Source: Chrysomallon squamiferum (lineage: Eukaryota; Animalia; Mollusca). Taken from it: DNA of 64,000 nt. This document shows positions 1 to 13,429 of this stretch, piece after piece. Under the pieces are notes generated by a model that was not told where the DNA came from, ran no database searches, and saw only the letters and a program-made list of their open reading frames with translations. The position numbers and the translations under genes were made by a program. Where the stretch lies: contig CM022671.1 in assembly GCA_012295275.1 (NCBI GenBank), positions 4,650,001 through 4,714,000 of the forward strand, read 5' to 3'. Within the stretch, counting starts at the first letter, position 1. Every line of letters starts with the position of its first letter.

Positions 1-392
1 AATAAATTTTTTATACTTTCAAATATTTTATTTCTCGATAGAATATTTTGAGATCTTGTATTCATATACATGTTATTTCCACACGTTTGTTTTGTTTGTA
101 ACTGAAAACCAATCTTTGCAAATAATAAAGTATGTGACAGAGCAGAAGGAGGATATTCCTTTCTTTATTGCAAACTCGTGACGTCACCTTGTACCTAATG
201 AAACCTGTGTAATATTTGAATCACGGTTAAACAACTGAAAAGGATAAGATTAAAAATTTTATTTTTTTTTTAATTTATTATTATTATTTTTTAACAACAA
301 AAACAAAATAACAATAAAAACAAAAAAAAAAAAAACATATAATAGCTTTAACGAATAAGGAGTCGAATTCTGAACTCCCAATAGAAGACCAA

Positions 393-565
393 GACCATAC
401 TTCCTTGTTCTCTTTCTTAAAACAGAGAATTCCCGAAGGATCCCTCGTTCTCTTTCTTAAAACAGAGAATTGATCCCGAAGGCCATAGTTCCTCGTTCTC
501 TTACTTAAAACAGAGAATTGATCCCGTAGACCATACTTCCTCGTTCTCGTACTTAAAACAGAGAT
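393..565. repeat. Short minisatellite, ~43-48 bp unit, 4 copies
   Basis: Repeated core cctcgttctctt(t/a)cttaaaacagagaatt(gat)cccg; most units contain a ttctct...agagaa inverted pair. Confidence 0.85.
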
Positions 566-1094
566 ATAGTCGATTTCCTGAATTCAGGAATTAATCGTGT
601 AAATGCTAAAAACAGATGGACGATTATTTCTGATGATTTTAGTACGGGGGGGGGTTGTTGTTTAGCTCGGTAAGACATGCGACCAATTCAGTATGATGGG
701 TTGACGTGCAACATCGTCGCTGACGTGGTCCGTGTTAAAAAGTGACATGAAAACATTTCGCTTACAAGATAATTACAGATTTATAAGATACGGATTGTGA
801 TGCGATGCATCATCGTTATCGTAGACAACGACGTCGTCATTAATGTTGCCGGCGCTGTAGTCGTTAGCACGAAGATCATTAATTACTTGTCATAATTAAT
901 ATCACTGCAGTCACATTTATCAGCAGAATTTTCAGATATCATCCTGAACCTCATCATCATATTTCTTATAATAATAATAATAAGAAGAAGAAGAAGAAGA
1001 AGAAGAGTAACAAAAACAACAACATCAATAGCAACAAGAATTATAATAATTAAAATGATAAAATGGATAACGATGATGATGATAATAATAATAA

Positions 1095-1132
<38 letters not shown>

Positions 1133-2842
1133 GGTAGTAGTAGTAGTAGCAGCAGCAGCAGTAGTAGTAGGAGTGGTAGTAGTAATAGTAGTAGTAATAA
1201 TAATAATAATAATAATAGTAGTAGTAGTAGTAGGATTATAATGACGGTAATAATGATGACAGTAATAATGATTAAATAATGATGACGATGAAAATAACCA
1301 TCAACATCATCATTATCAAATTATGAGACAATTTAAACAGAAAGCAATCGGTTCTGTTAGTAAGTTAGTGTGTTAGCAGCAAAAGACAAATCAGCACAGT
1401 TATCGACCTTGTCTTTTCTTAGCTGGGTCGAGTATGCGCAGCCGTTCGATTTTATCGTCTGCTAGACCAAAATAGAAAGTACGTATTCCATAGGGGGCAA
1501 AAAAAGAAAAAAAGAAGGAAGAAAAGAAGAAGGATGAAGTAAAAGTAAACGGAATGAAAGAAAAATAAATAAAAATGTATTATACAGATGAACCTTTTTT
1601 TTTTTTTTTTCGATTCGTTAACATAAGGTCTTTTATAATCACTTTCATTTATCTTAAAATTCATTACTGAATTTTTCATACGTTTTCCAGATATTTCCAA
1701 GTCAAAGTCTTTCTCCTTATAGTTCAGATTTCTATACTGTTCAGTGATATTAAATAATTTAAAGTTGAGATTAGTGTGAAGTATTTATAGGTTAGTGACA
1801 AATGCTTAAACTCAGTGATATATGAATTAAATGCTTAAAGGTCAATGATATATGTATTAAATGCTTAAAGATCAGTCAGTACTAGTTATTTTATAGGTCA
1901 GTGTGTGATATCTTACAGGACAGTATCAACAACTCAACAGGCCAATAATTATCTATAAGGCACAATGTTTAATTTAAAAATGTTTTAAAATCATGTGTTT
2001 TAGCATCATTATTAAGTCTTTCGTCATTATGTCATTTATTTATTTGTTTGTTTGTTTTGGTTAGGTTTTATTTATTTGTCCGTTTTTTTTTTTTTTTTTT
2101 ATTTATTTGTTTGTTTGTTTATTTCTTTGTGTGTTTGTTTACTTCTTTAATGATTTTCTTACTTCAGCATATCATAATAAAAGAAAAAAGAATAACTAAA
2201 AATGAAAGAATAAATGAACTTATGAATGAATGCATACACAAAATTCCATATAAAAATCCCCCAACTAAATTCAAATTACAGATAACAGACTTAAACTTGG
2301 CACCATCATAAAGATTAGTATTAATTACTTCCTACGTCAACACTGGATATCTGATAGGTCAACACGAGAAACTCGTTAGTCCAATATCCGCACCAGACAC
2401 AAAAATACCTCTCCTTGATTTGTCTCAAGATTATCTTTACGACGAAAACACTTTAATTCTTTTAATTTTTTTTTATTATTATTATTTTTTCCGCTTCTTT
2501 ATTTTCGAGTTGATGTGTTCGCGAGATTCTGTTTATGTAGAAAACAAGTACGAGAGGACATTTCTTGTCCAGCTTGAAACAGAAATCTCGTGAAAATGGA
2601 TCTTCAGCAACTGTTTTTTTTTTTTTCTTTCGCTGCTAAATGAAAACCAAACCACAAAATAACTCTACAACAACATTCGCGTCGTCGCTTGATTGATCGA
2701 CGCCTTTGTGTCGACGACCGAAACATCCAAAAGGGCTGAGCGTATCGGAAGTCGTTTCAGTAGTCGTTGTTGCCGCAAGCACGACAGCTGCTGGTGCGTA
2801 TTGATTGTCGCACGGGTAACGTGAAATGGTTTAACTACGTCG

Positions 2843-3698
2843 CAGTGAAGAAAACGTATCAAGAAGTGAAGAAAACGTATCAAGAAGTGGAGAAACGTAT
2901 CAAGCAGGGAAGACAACGTATCACGCAGGGAAGAAAACGTATCGAGCAGTGAAGAAAACGTATCAAGCGGTGAAAAAGTATCAAGCAGGGAAGAAAACGT
3001 ATCAAACATTGAAGAAAACTATCGAACAGTGAAGAAAACGTATCGAACAGTGAAGAAAACGTATCAAGCAGTGAAGAAATCGTATCAAGCAAGGAAGAAA
3101 ACGTATCAAGCAGTGAAGAAATCGTATCAAGAAGTGAAGAAATCGTATCAAGAAGTGAAGAAAATGTATCAAGAAGTGAAGAAATCGTATCAAGCTTTGA
3201 AGAAAACGTATCAGACAGTGAAGAAATCGTATCAAGCTTTGAAGAAAACGTATTAAACAGTGAAGAAATCGTATCAAGCAGTGAAGAAAACGTATCAAGC
3301 AGGGAAGAAAACGTATCGAACAGTGAAGAAAACGTATCAATCGGTGAAAAAAGTATCAAACAGTGAAGAAAACGTATCAAGCGGTGAAAAAAAGTATCAA
3401 ACAGTGAAGAAAACGTATCAAGCAAGGAAGAAAACGTATCAAACAGTGAAGAAAACGTATCAAGCGGCGAAAAAAGTATCAAACAGTGAAGAAAACGTAT
3501 CAAGCAGGGAAGAAAACGTATCAAACAGTGAAGAAAACGTATCAAACAGTGAAGAAAACGTATCAAGCAGTGAAGAAAACGTATCAAGTGGTGAAGAAAA
3601 CGTATCAAACAGTGAAGAAAACGTATCAAACAGTGAAGAAAACGTATCAAACAGTGAAGAAAACGTATCATGCAGTGAAGAAAACGTATCAAGCAGTG
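2843..3698. repeat. 21-bp tandem minisatellite (CAGTGAAGAAAACGTATCAA[A/G]), ~40 copies
   Basis: Head-to-tail units are directly visible, with occasional shorter variants (gcggtgaaaaaagtatcaa). The array explains the stacked repetitive ORFs on both strands. Confidence 0.97.
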
Positions 3699-4746
3699 TT
3701 AAAATTCCTCCAGTCTCAATGACACAATGTCCACCACAATGTCATAAAAAATGGTCGCGACGTAGTGGTGGTTGTGGTGGTTACGCTGCTACCACTACAA
3801 CAGCTACTACTACTACTGCTGTAACCATTACTAATAATACTGCTACTATTACAACTACTACTACAACTACTACTTTTACTCTGTTACTAGTATTGTAACC
3901 GTTCCTATTATTACTACTGTTACTACCTCAACTACTGGTACTATTACTACTACCACTATTACTACTACTACTACCACTATTACTGCTACTATTATCACTA
4001 TTACTACTATTGCTACCACTATTACTTCTACTGCTAGTACTGCTATTACTATTACTACTTCACCGGCTGTTGCTATTTCTGCTATTATTACTATTACAAC
4101 AACACAGCTACTACTATTATTACCACTAGAACAACATCTGCTATTATTATTAATACTACTACTACCACTACTGTTTCTACTACTACTACACTACTACTAC
4201 TATTAATGCTATACTGCAGTTACTACTACTACTGCTTCTTTTACTTTTTTTATTATTACTACTAGTACTATTACTCAAGACTTCATTCGTGAATCTTCAT
4301 GCGTGTGTATGCTTACGCACATAATATGTACGTTAATTAACATTAAATATTTAGCAGTTATCATAATATTAATTAAACAGAAATAATTCTTTAATGAGTA
4401 AAGTTCAGTCAAATATTACTCATTAATATTACTTACTAAATTCATAAGGTGCTCATAAATAAGAGATCTTTGCAACGAAACAGATTAGGTACTGTATATA
4501 AGACAATTTATATTCTGTAAATATTTATGTTGTAGAAACGGAACGAATAAAAAAAATGGTCAGAGATAGAAGCAGTTCTTACATATATATGTAAATATTT
4601 TAAAGTATTCAGAGAGATAAGTTTTAATATGTATACATTAATACTGTGGATTAATCGAATAATCTAAATAAGAAAGGTTTTGAAAATGAAAAAATAAAAA
4701 CAACTGAATTTTAAATAAAAATATAGAAGACTGAAGCAAACACACA

Positions 4747-4790
<44 letters not shown>

Positions 4791-5257
4791 TGTATTTGTA
4801 TATAGATATTCACACATTCACATCTACATACATATACATACATATATATACACACTCATACACACATATATATACATATAATATATAAGTTTGTGTATGT
4901 ATGTATATATATATGTGTGTGTGGATATGTTTGTGTTCATGTCTTTTATACGTATGTACGTGTGAATAATTAAAACACACATATATGTGTGAATTACATA
5001 CACACTTATACACACATACACCTATAACTGTAGTTCTAGTTCATTCAGTTTGGCACATACAACCCGACACTCATCTCTTCCTTAATTCGCGAAATTATCG
5101 TCGACCCGAGTTTCATTTTTCCATAATGGAATTGTAAAACTGCGGCGATTCCCGAAGCCCTTTATTCCACAAATAAAACACAGAAGTATTCCAGAGTGCA
5201 GATGATTGCCCATACCGGAGACAACTAGAAATGAAATTGGCTGAGGGAAAATTGTGC

Positions 5258-5304
<47 letters not shown>

Positions 5305-5808
5305 TTTCAGCCTCGGGTTTTGTAACTGTCACATTTCATTGATTGCTTTGATCCAACGGGTTTTAGTTTTTGCACGGAGGTCAGAATTTGAAGATTTCAA
5401 AAGAAAGAAATGTATATATTTTTTTCTTCTTCTTCTTCTTTCTTTTATTAAATAGTTAACCTCTAAGTGAACTTGTTTGTTCAGACTATGAAAGATATTT
5501 TTTGCACAACGACAGTGCCAGAGTTTGATGATCGGAAGGATTTTTGGTTTTGAATGTCTGGCAATGAAATCGAATGATGAAATAATAAAAGTTATTTTTG
5601 TAAGAATGTTGTATATATATAGAAAAGTTCAATTTTATTGACATTTTTATTAATATTGATATTCTGACATGAAAAAAGAGACTGACAGAGAGACAGAAAG
5701 ACAAATAGGTAAATAGTCAGATATACAGACATATACAAACATACATGCATACATATATACATACCTACGTACATATATACATAGATACATACATACATAC
5801 AAACATAT

Positions 5809-5889
<81 letters not shown>

Positions 5890-8035
5890 CATACAAACAT
5901 ACATACATACCTACAAACATACATACATACATACATACATATATACATACATTCATAAATACTTACAAACATACATACATACATATATACAAACATACAT
6001 ACATACAATATTCATGAAATAGGTTTTAATAAATATACCGTGGATTAATCGGTTAATCTAAATAAGAAAAGGTTTGACATTTGTTTTTAAAAAGAAGAAG
6101 GAAAAATTCAAATAGAAATATAGAAGAAAAAAAAAAAAAAAAAAAAAAAACATCATATACACATAACCGAAAGGTTGATATTGTATATTCCATAAAAAAG
6201 GATGTATGCATAGATTTGTGTAAGTACATATTTGTTTTGTGCGTGTGTACGTATTTACCCACATACACACTTATACATTCATACGTACATATATATATAT
6301 ATATATATATACATATTTGGATACCGACACAGAGACAGATATAAGGTGTCTTTATTACATTTTCTATCAAACATAATGTCACAACGACACAAGAAGAAAA
6401 AAAAGTAAATTGTCGGAGTTTATTATCAAATAATAATAAAAAATATTAATATGCTCTGAAATAAACATCCGCGCCTACACATTAAAAGATTACATAACAT
6501 CAAAACATTGCGACCTTGTTGTCTAACGACGTCGACGTTATTGCAGACGAACGAATTGTTGAAAAAAAAAGAAACATCAACGTATTTGACATTTCCAGGT
6601 AATTAGATAAACGCACAGGTATAAGAGAGAATGGAGAAATTATTTTTTTTTTTTAATTATCTTCTTCGTGTTGTTGTCATGTATTATTTATATTTCACAA
6701 ATTCAGCTTTTTTTATTTTATTATTATTTTTTTTTTTTTTTTTTGTACTTACGGATGATATACATTCTTTTACATCCGTAATGAATGTTAAGAACGAATG
6801 AAAACATGAAGGAAGGAATGGAAATAGATTTGGGACAACAAATGGAGGAATTAACGATGAACGAACGAATGAATGAATGAAAGAATGAATGAATGGATGA
6901 ATAAAGGGAAGAATCGATGAAGTGGATGAACAAAAGGAACGTATGAATGAAGGAAGAGGGAATGAAGAGAAAGAGAAGGAAGGAAAGACGGATCGAAAAA
7001 CAAGAATGCTCGAATAATGATGAAATAAATATTAAATGAACGAGTCATGCTTTGATTAAGGTAATTAATAACGGATGAATAAATAAATATAAAACGACAT
7101 CAACAAACATTATTTAGCTGGTAAGGTCTAATGTAAAAATACAGTTTGCTTAATAGCGATATTCAAGAGAAGAAACCCGATTCCATCATTTTTAAGGTTA
7201 CGATATCGATAAAGAGCAAATCGTATTTTAACGTAATTATAGTTACGACAAACAACCAAGACCAGAATATTTCGCAAAACAGTCATCTAGATCTGTCTGG
7301 AACGGGAAAAAACGTTCATGTTGATCTAGATGTCTTGGACAGGTACACCGTTTCCTGTTCCAAATTTTATAATAATAATAATAATAATAGTGGTAGTAGT
7401 AGTAGCAGTAGTTATAGTAATATTAGTAATTGTTGGTGTAGTAATAGTAATAGTAGTGTCAGTAGTACCAACAGTCATAATTAAAATCTATATGACATTG
7501 TTTACACATAATAACCGTTAATATAAAAAAATATATATATTTTAGATGTTTCCTGACACAATTATCCAGATAATTCATAAACCGTCAGTAGGCCTACATA
7601 CTTAATTTAACAAAATAACGAAAAACAACTGAAAAAACCTATTGACAAATTTTGACACAGAGCAACTCTTAAATAATCAACAAATTTTATTTCCCTTGAA
7701 CACCGAGTACTCTAAACCTTCGTGTGTTGATTCGGTGAGGAAAGAAAAAGAAAAAAAAAAAAAAACCCTGATAAGCAGAAAAACTTTTACTAATCAGACA
7801 TCTGGGGAGATTCGGGGACACGAACGTGTGGCTGGGAAAGTGAATGGTGTATTCAGCGAGTTCTTATCTACACAAAGCAAAGGGTTTTCCACGCTAATTG
7901 TGAGGTATTGCTTCGTGCTGAGAAATGCGTGACCGCTCATCTGAGCCGGATTCCGTTTCGTGACGGAGAATATTCCGCAGGTCATCGATCTCGCCGTAAA
8001 GTCTTACAACACCATCTACAGCAGATCAGTTTGAT

Positions 8036-8111
8036 GAAGAAGGAGGAAGCGACGATGATGGAGAAGAAGAAGAAGAAGAAGATGAAGAAGAAGAAACAGA
8101 AGAAGAAGAAG

Positions 8112-8143
<32 letters not shown>

Positions 8144-8535
8144 GAAGAAACAGAAGAAGAAGAAGATGAAGAAGAAGAAACAGAAGAAGAAGAAGAAGAA
8201 GAAAAAAAGGAGAAGAGGAAGAAGAAGAAGAAACAGCAGAAGAAGAAGAATTGAAAAAAGAAAAAGAAGTAGAAGATGAAGTAGAAAAAGAAGAAGATGA
8301 AGTAGAAAAAGAAGTAGAAGAAGAAGAAGAAGAAGTAGAAGAAAGAAGAGTAAGGATGAAAATTAGGACGAGCGGACAAGAAACAACAAAAAGAAGAAGA
8401 AGAAAATGATGATGAAGATGATGATGATGATGGTTACAGTGGTCATGACGACGATAATAACTAGAAGATGATGAAGAAAATGTGAAACAGAAATAAGTAA
8501 AGAAGAAGAAGAAGAAGAAAAGAGAGAAGAAAAAG
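8036..8535. repeat. (GAA)n-rich polypurine tract
   Basis: Long imperfect GAA/GTA/GAT triplet run. Confidence 0.9.
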
Positions 8536-8571
8536 ATATTGATGTATGGTAGTGATGGAAACTCCAATATT

Positions 8572-9475
8572 AACAAAAGATATTTTAACAATTCTATAAA
8601 GAATATTTCATATTAATATTTCTATACAAGAATTTTTCATATTAACATTTCTATAAATTATATTTCATATTAACGTTTCTATAAAGAATATTTCATATTA
8701 ACATTTCTATAAAGAATATTTCATATTAACTTTTCTATAAAGAATATTTCATATTAACTTTTCTATACAAGATATTTCATATTAACATTTCTATAAAAAA
8801 TATTTCATATTAACATTTCTATACAAGATAAAGAATATTTCGTTTTAACATTTCTATAAAGAATATTTCATATTAACTTATCTATAAAGAATATTTCATA
8901 TTAACTTTTCTATGCAAGATATTTCATATTAACATTTCTATAAAAAATATTTCATATTAACATTTCTATACAAGATAAAGAATATTTCGTTTTAACATTT
9001 CTATAAAGAATATTTCATATTAACATTTCTATAACAGATATTTCATAATAACATTTCTATAAACCATATTTTATATTAACGTTTCTATAAAGAATATTTC
9101 ATAATAACATTTCTATAAATTATATTTCATATTAACGTTTCTATAAAGAATATTTCATATTAACATTTCTATAACAGATATTTCATAATAACATTTCTAT
9201 AAACCATATTTTATATTAACGTTTCTATAAAGAATATTTCATAATAACATTTCTATAAATTATATTTCATATTAACGTTTCTATAAAGAATATTTCATAT
9301 TAACATTTCCATAAAAAAATATTTCATATTAACATTTCTATAAAGAATAATTCATATTAACATTTCCATAAAAAAATATTTCATATCAACATTTCTATAA
9401 AGAATATTTCATATTAACATTTCTATAAAGAATTTTTCATATTAACATTTCTATAAAGAATATTTCATATTAAAA
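8572..9475. repeat. 28-bp AT-rich tandem minisatellite (TAACATTTCTATAAAGAATATTTCATAT), ~32 copies
   Basis: Units are directly visible. Variant monomers recur at 147-bp and 140-bp spacing. Confidence 0.95.
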
Positions 9476-9545
9476 TTTTTTTATTATCAAGAAAACACGA
9501 ACCACAACCTTTCATTACACCAAACATCGATCTCTCTACTAAAAC

Positions 9546-9625
9546 AAAAAAATCGCCCTATCCGCTGCGGAGGACTGAACCTCGCGCCTCGGGCAGAAGC
9601 CACGTGAATGTAACCAGTGAACAAC
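9546..9625 (-). pseudogene. Degenerate tRNA-like / tRNA-SINE head remnant
   Basis: Minus strand reads TGGTTACA (A-box-like), then GAGG-TTCAGT-CCTC (T-arm/B-box-like hairpin), then a T run. Confidence 0.35.
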
Positions 9626-10408
9626 GTTTAATTTAACACGATACTCTCATTTATTTCTATATCTGATTAACAAAACTGATTCGCGAGTCGCAATTTATTC
9701 CCGATCACAAGTCTAATATTTAATATGCATTATAACCGTTTCTGGTAACCACCCCCACGAGTATTAATGCTCGTTAGTGTAATCTCACTCGCTACATGGA
9801 TGTGTGTGTGTGTGTGAACAGCTGGAAAAAGGGCTGAATGGATGAACAGTTTAATAATAGACTAAGTATACATGTGCAGTTGAATAGGTTTACTATATTT
9901 AGAAAAAGGAGTAGAGAGAAAGATAATTCAGTTAGATGCAAGAGAGGATAGAGGGATGGAGAGTGCAAGTGTCTACCTCCATTTTGTGTTGGCGTTTTTA
10001 ATTTTGGAATATTAAAAAAGAAACTATTACTGTTGCTGTTAATACTACTACTACAGTCACAACCGTTATTACTGTTACTATTACTACAACCACCACAACC
10101 ACTACTGCTGTTACTGTTAGTACTACCATTACCACAACCTACTACTTCTATTACTACTACTGCTGATAATAATAATAATAATAATAACAATATGACAGTA
10201 GTAGTAGTAGTAATAGTAGTAGTAGTAGTAATAATAATAATAATAATATAATAATAATAGTAATAATAATAACTATAACAATAATTATAGTAATAATAAT
10301 AATAAGAACAATATAATAATAGTAATACTACTAATAATAATATAATAATAATAACAGTAATAATAATAATAATATAATAATAATAATAACAATAATAATA
10401 ATAATAAC

Positions 10409-10482
<74 letters not shown>

Positions 10483-10495
10483 CAACAACAACAAC

Positions 10496-10542
<47 letters not shown>

Positions 10543-11489
10543 TTGTAATATAATAAAATATTGTAATAAAATCCTCACACACCACCCTCCACTAAGCTCA
10601 CTGTATCCTCCCTTACTACTTCTACTAATAGTAATAACAACAACTATTATTACTATTAACACAGATCTGACCCGGCAGACTCGACCATGCTCTTCGCGTC
10701 AATCAGGACTTCCCATCACTGGAGGCTTCCCACGTGTTGTCATCACAGTCCGAGATTCCAGCGCAATCATTACGTACCGCACTGAGCGAATACGCTGAGT
10801 CTTACTTATCTACGCGTTAATGCAATCAGTGAGCGTTTGATCAGTAATACAGCGTGTTCGTTTCAGAAATTATTTCCCAAAGGCGACGAAGATGAGTGAC
10901 TCGAGATTCAGATACGGCCTGATCACCCACAGATACTGAAGTCCGTGGCAATGTCCTTTTTTTCTTCTTCGTCGTCGTCTTTTTTTCGCTGTTTGAAATG
11001 GTTTTTGGTGATAAGAAAAACAAGTCAGTTGTGGTGATCGTCTTCAAGATGTAACAGAACAGACAGACATCTGATTCATAAAATCTAAATTTGAGATGGA
11101 GATAGATGGGGAAACAGAGGCGCGAGAAAGAGATAGATGGATATATGCTTGTAGATAACAGAGAGCGATTACTCGATAAAGATTTATAGGCAGATGGATC
11201 AGCTTACAAACACACATTGGCAGCAAGTTAGTTAGATGAATGGATAAACAGAATATCTAATAGAATCAGACAGACGAGCATATAGATATATAAACAGAGA
11301 GACAGACAGATAGATGGATAGATAGATATACCGACTAGACATATAGATAGATAGATACATAGATAGATAGACAGAAATGCAGAGAGAGAGGGATAGATAG
11401 ACAGGGAGATAGACAGACACACAGACAGACGGACAGACAGACAGACATTCAGACAGACAGACAGACAGATAGCTAGATACCTAGATAGC

Positions 11490-11529
<40 letters not shown>

Positions 11530-11896
11530 CAGACAGATAGAAGGAATAAGAATTAGAAATTTAGGTATGAACGAATATCGGAGAAAAATACAGATCGAGA
11601 CAGAAACGCAGACAGACAATTTTAAACAAGAATTTCAAAACGACATTTAGATGTGAAAATCCGCTTCGCAGCTGAATATTCTTTCACTTTGGAATTTCGA
11701 ATGGAACCTCAAACAAACAGTTCGTCCTGAAAGCGCTGGCTGCTTTAAGATCAATTCTGAAGACGAGACTAATGCACGCTTTTGTCACAGACAATAAAAG
11801 AGTGCTTCGATCCGAAGTAAGGCGATCCTTGGCTAACAGCTTGTTTTCTTTTCTCCGTACACAGAGCAACATGCGGGTCACTGACATAGCCTCGAG

Positions 11897-11992
<96 letters not shown>

Positions 11993-12059
11993 AAGACAGA
12001 GAGAGAGAGAACAGAGAGAAACAGAGAGACAGACAGAAAGAAAGAGAGAGAGTAGGAGG

Positions 12060-12096
<37 letters not shown>

Positions 12097-12374
12097 TTAT
12101 TATATTATTACAACTACTATTATTACTATTACAGACAAAAAAGATATTATTGTTGTTGTTATTATTATTATTATTATCAGCAGCAGTAGTACTAGTAGCA
12201 GTAGTAATAGAAGTAGTAGTTGTAATGGTAGTACCAACAGTAACAGCAGTAGTGGTTGTGGTGGTAGTAGTAATAGTATCAGTAGTAACGATATTGATCT
12301 TGATGTCTTGGACAGGTTCATCGTTTTCTGTTCCAAATTTTATAATAATAATAATAATAATAATAGTGGTAGTT

Positions 12375-12472
<98 letters not shown>

Positions 12473-13036
12473 AATGTCCTCGGGCTTCGCATAGAAAAAG
12501 AAAAGAAAAAAAAATCAAAATGGCGCGCGTTGCTTTTACCGATTCACCGGAAGTTAGTCCGCATCACGAACAAGTCCCGTAGTTTTTCTTTTTACCGAGA
12601 GTTTTTCACAAAAAAATTTGTCGAGATCTTAAAAATTGCCGGTTTTTAGCTGTTTTTCCTCGTGTTTGATTTAAATGCCTAATGCTTCTTACACTTGTGT
12701 CAGAATGAACTGAATTGGCGAAGATTAGAATTAACAGGGTTCGAATTAAACGACGAAACCGGAACGTAGCTGGTCTGGAGATGTTTGCGGCCCGTTCCCA
12801 CGAATAGCGTGTTACATCTTTGAAAGAGATCGCTGTGAATGCTTTAGAGTAAGTGCTTCTTTTCATAGGCTTTAAAAGCAGCTTTGAAAGTATATATATA
12901 TATATTTTATGTTATATAATCTATTACTTATAACTGGGGTTTTTTAACCATCAATAAACACAGCGACAAATTTTTTATCAACCAACAGTATATATCAGTA
13001 CATTTATCCATTCATCCGTTATTCTGTCTACCATTT

Positions 13037-13088
<52 letters not shown>

Positions 13089-13395
13089 GCAAACTGTGGT
13101 AGTTGTTGAAGAATGACACTAGCACTGATAGCAGTAGAAGTGAAAGTAGTAGTAGCAATAGCAGTAGTAGTAGAAGCAGTATTGTCTGCAATATAGTTGT
13201 ATGAATACTAGTAGCACTTAAAACAATAGTAGCAGAAGATGTAGTCATAGTAGTAGCAGTAGTAGCAATAGTAGTGGTGGTTGAAGTAGCAGATGCAGCA
13301 ATAGAAACAGTAGTAGTAGTTATAGTAGTAGTAGTAGTAGTTGTAGTAGTAGTAGTAGTAGTAGTAGTAATAGCAGTATTAGTAGTAGCTGAAGC

Positions 13396-13429
<34 letters not shown>

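Noticed and set aside
645-735. tRNA-like 5' motif (tagctcggtaagac)
   Set aside because: No B-box or cloverleaf could be found downstream.
2843-3698. CRISPR-like appearance of regular short repeats (also 8572-9475 and 32215-33068)
   Set aside because: Units are head-to-tail with no unique spacers, there are no cas genes, and the context is eukaryotic.
2665-3898. Long overlapping ORFs of up to 270 aa on both strands
   Set aside because: They are translations of the 21-bp minisatellite, with frame-breaking short units and no convincing splice context.
10660-11050. GC-richer complex segment as a coding exon
   Set aside because: The frames I examined close quickly or give no recognisable protein, and there is no convincing splice-site pair.
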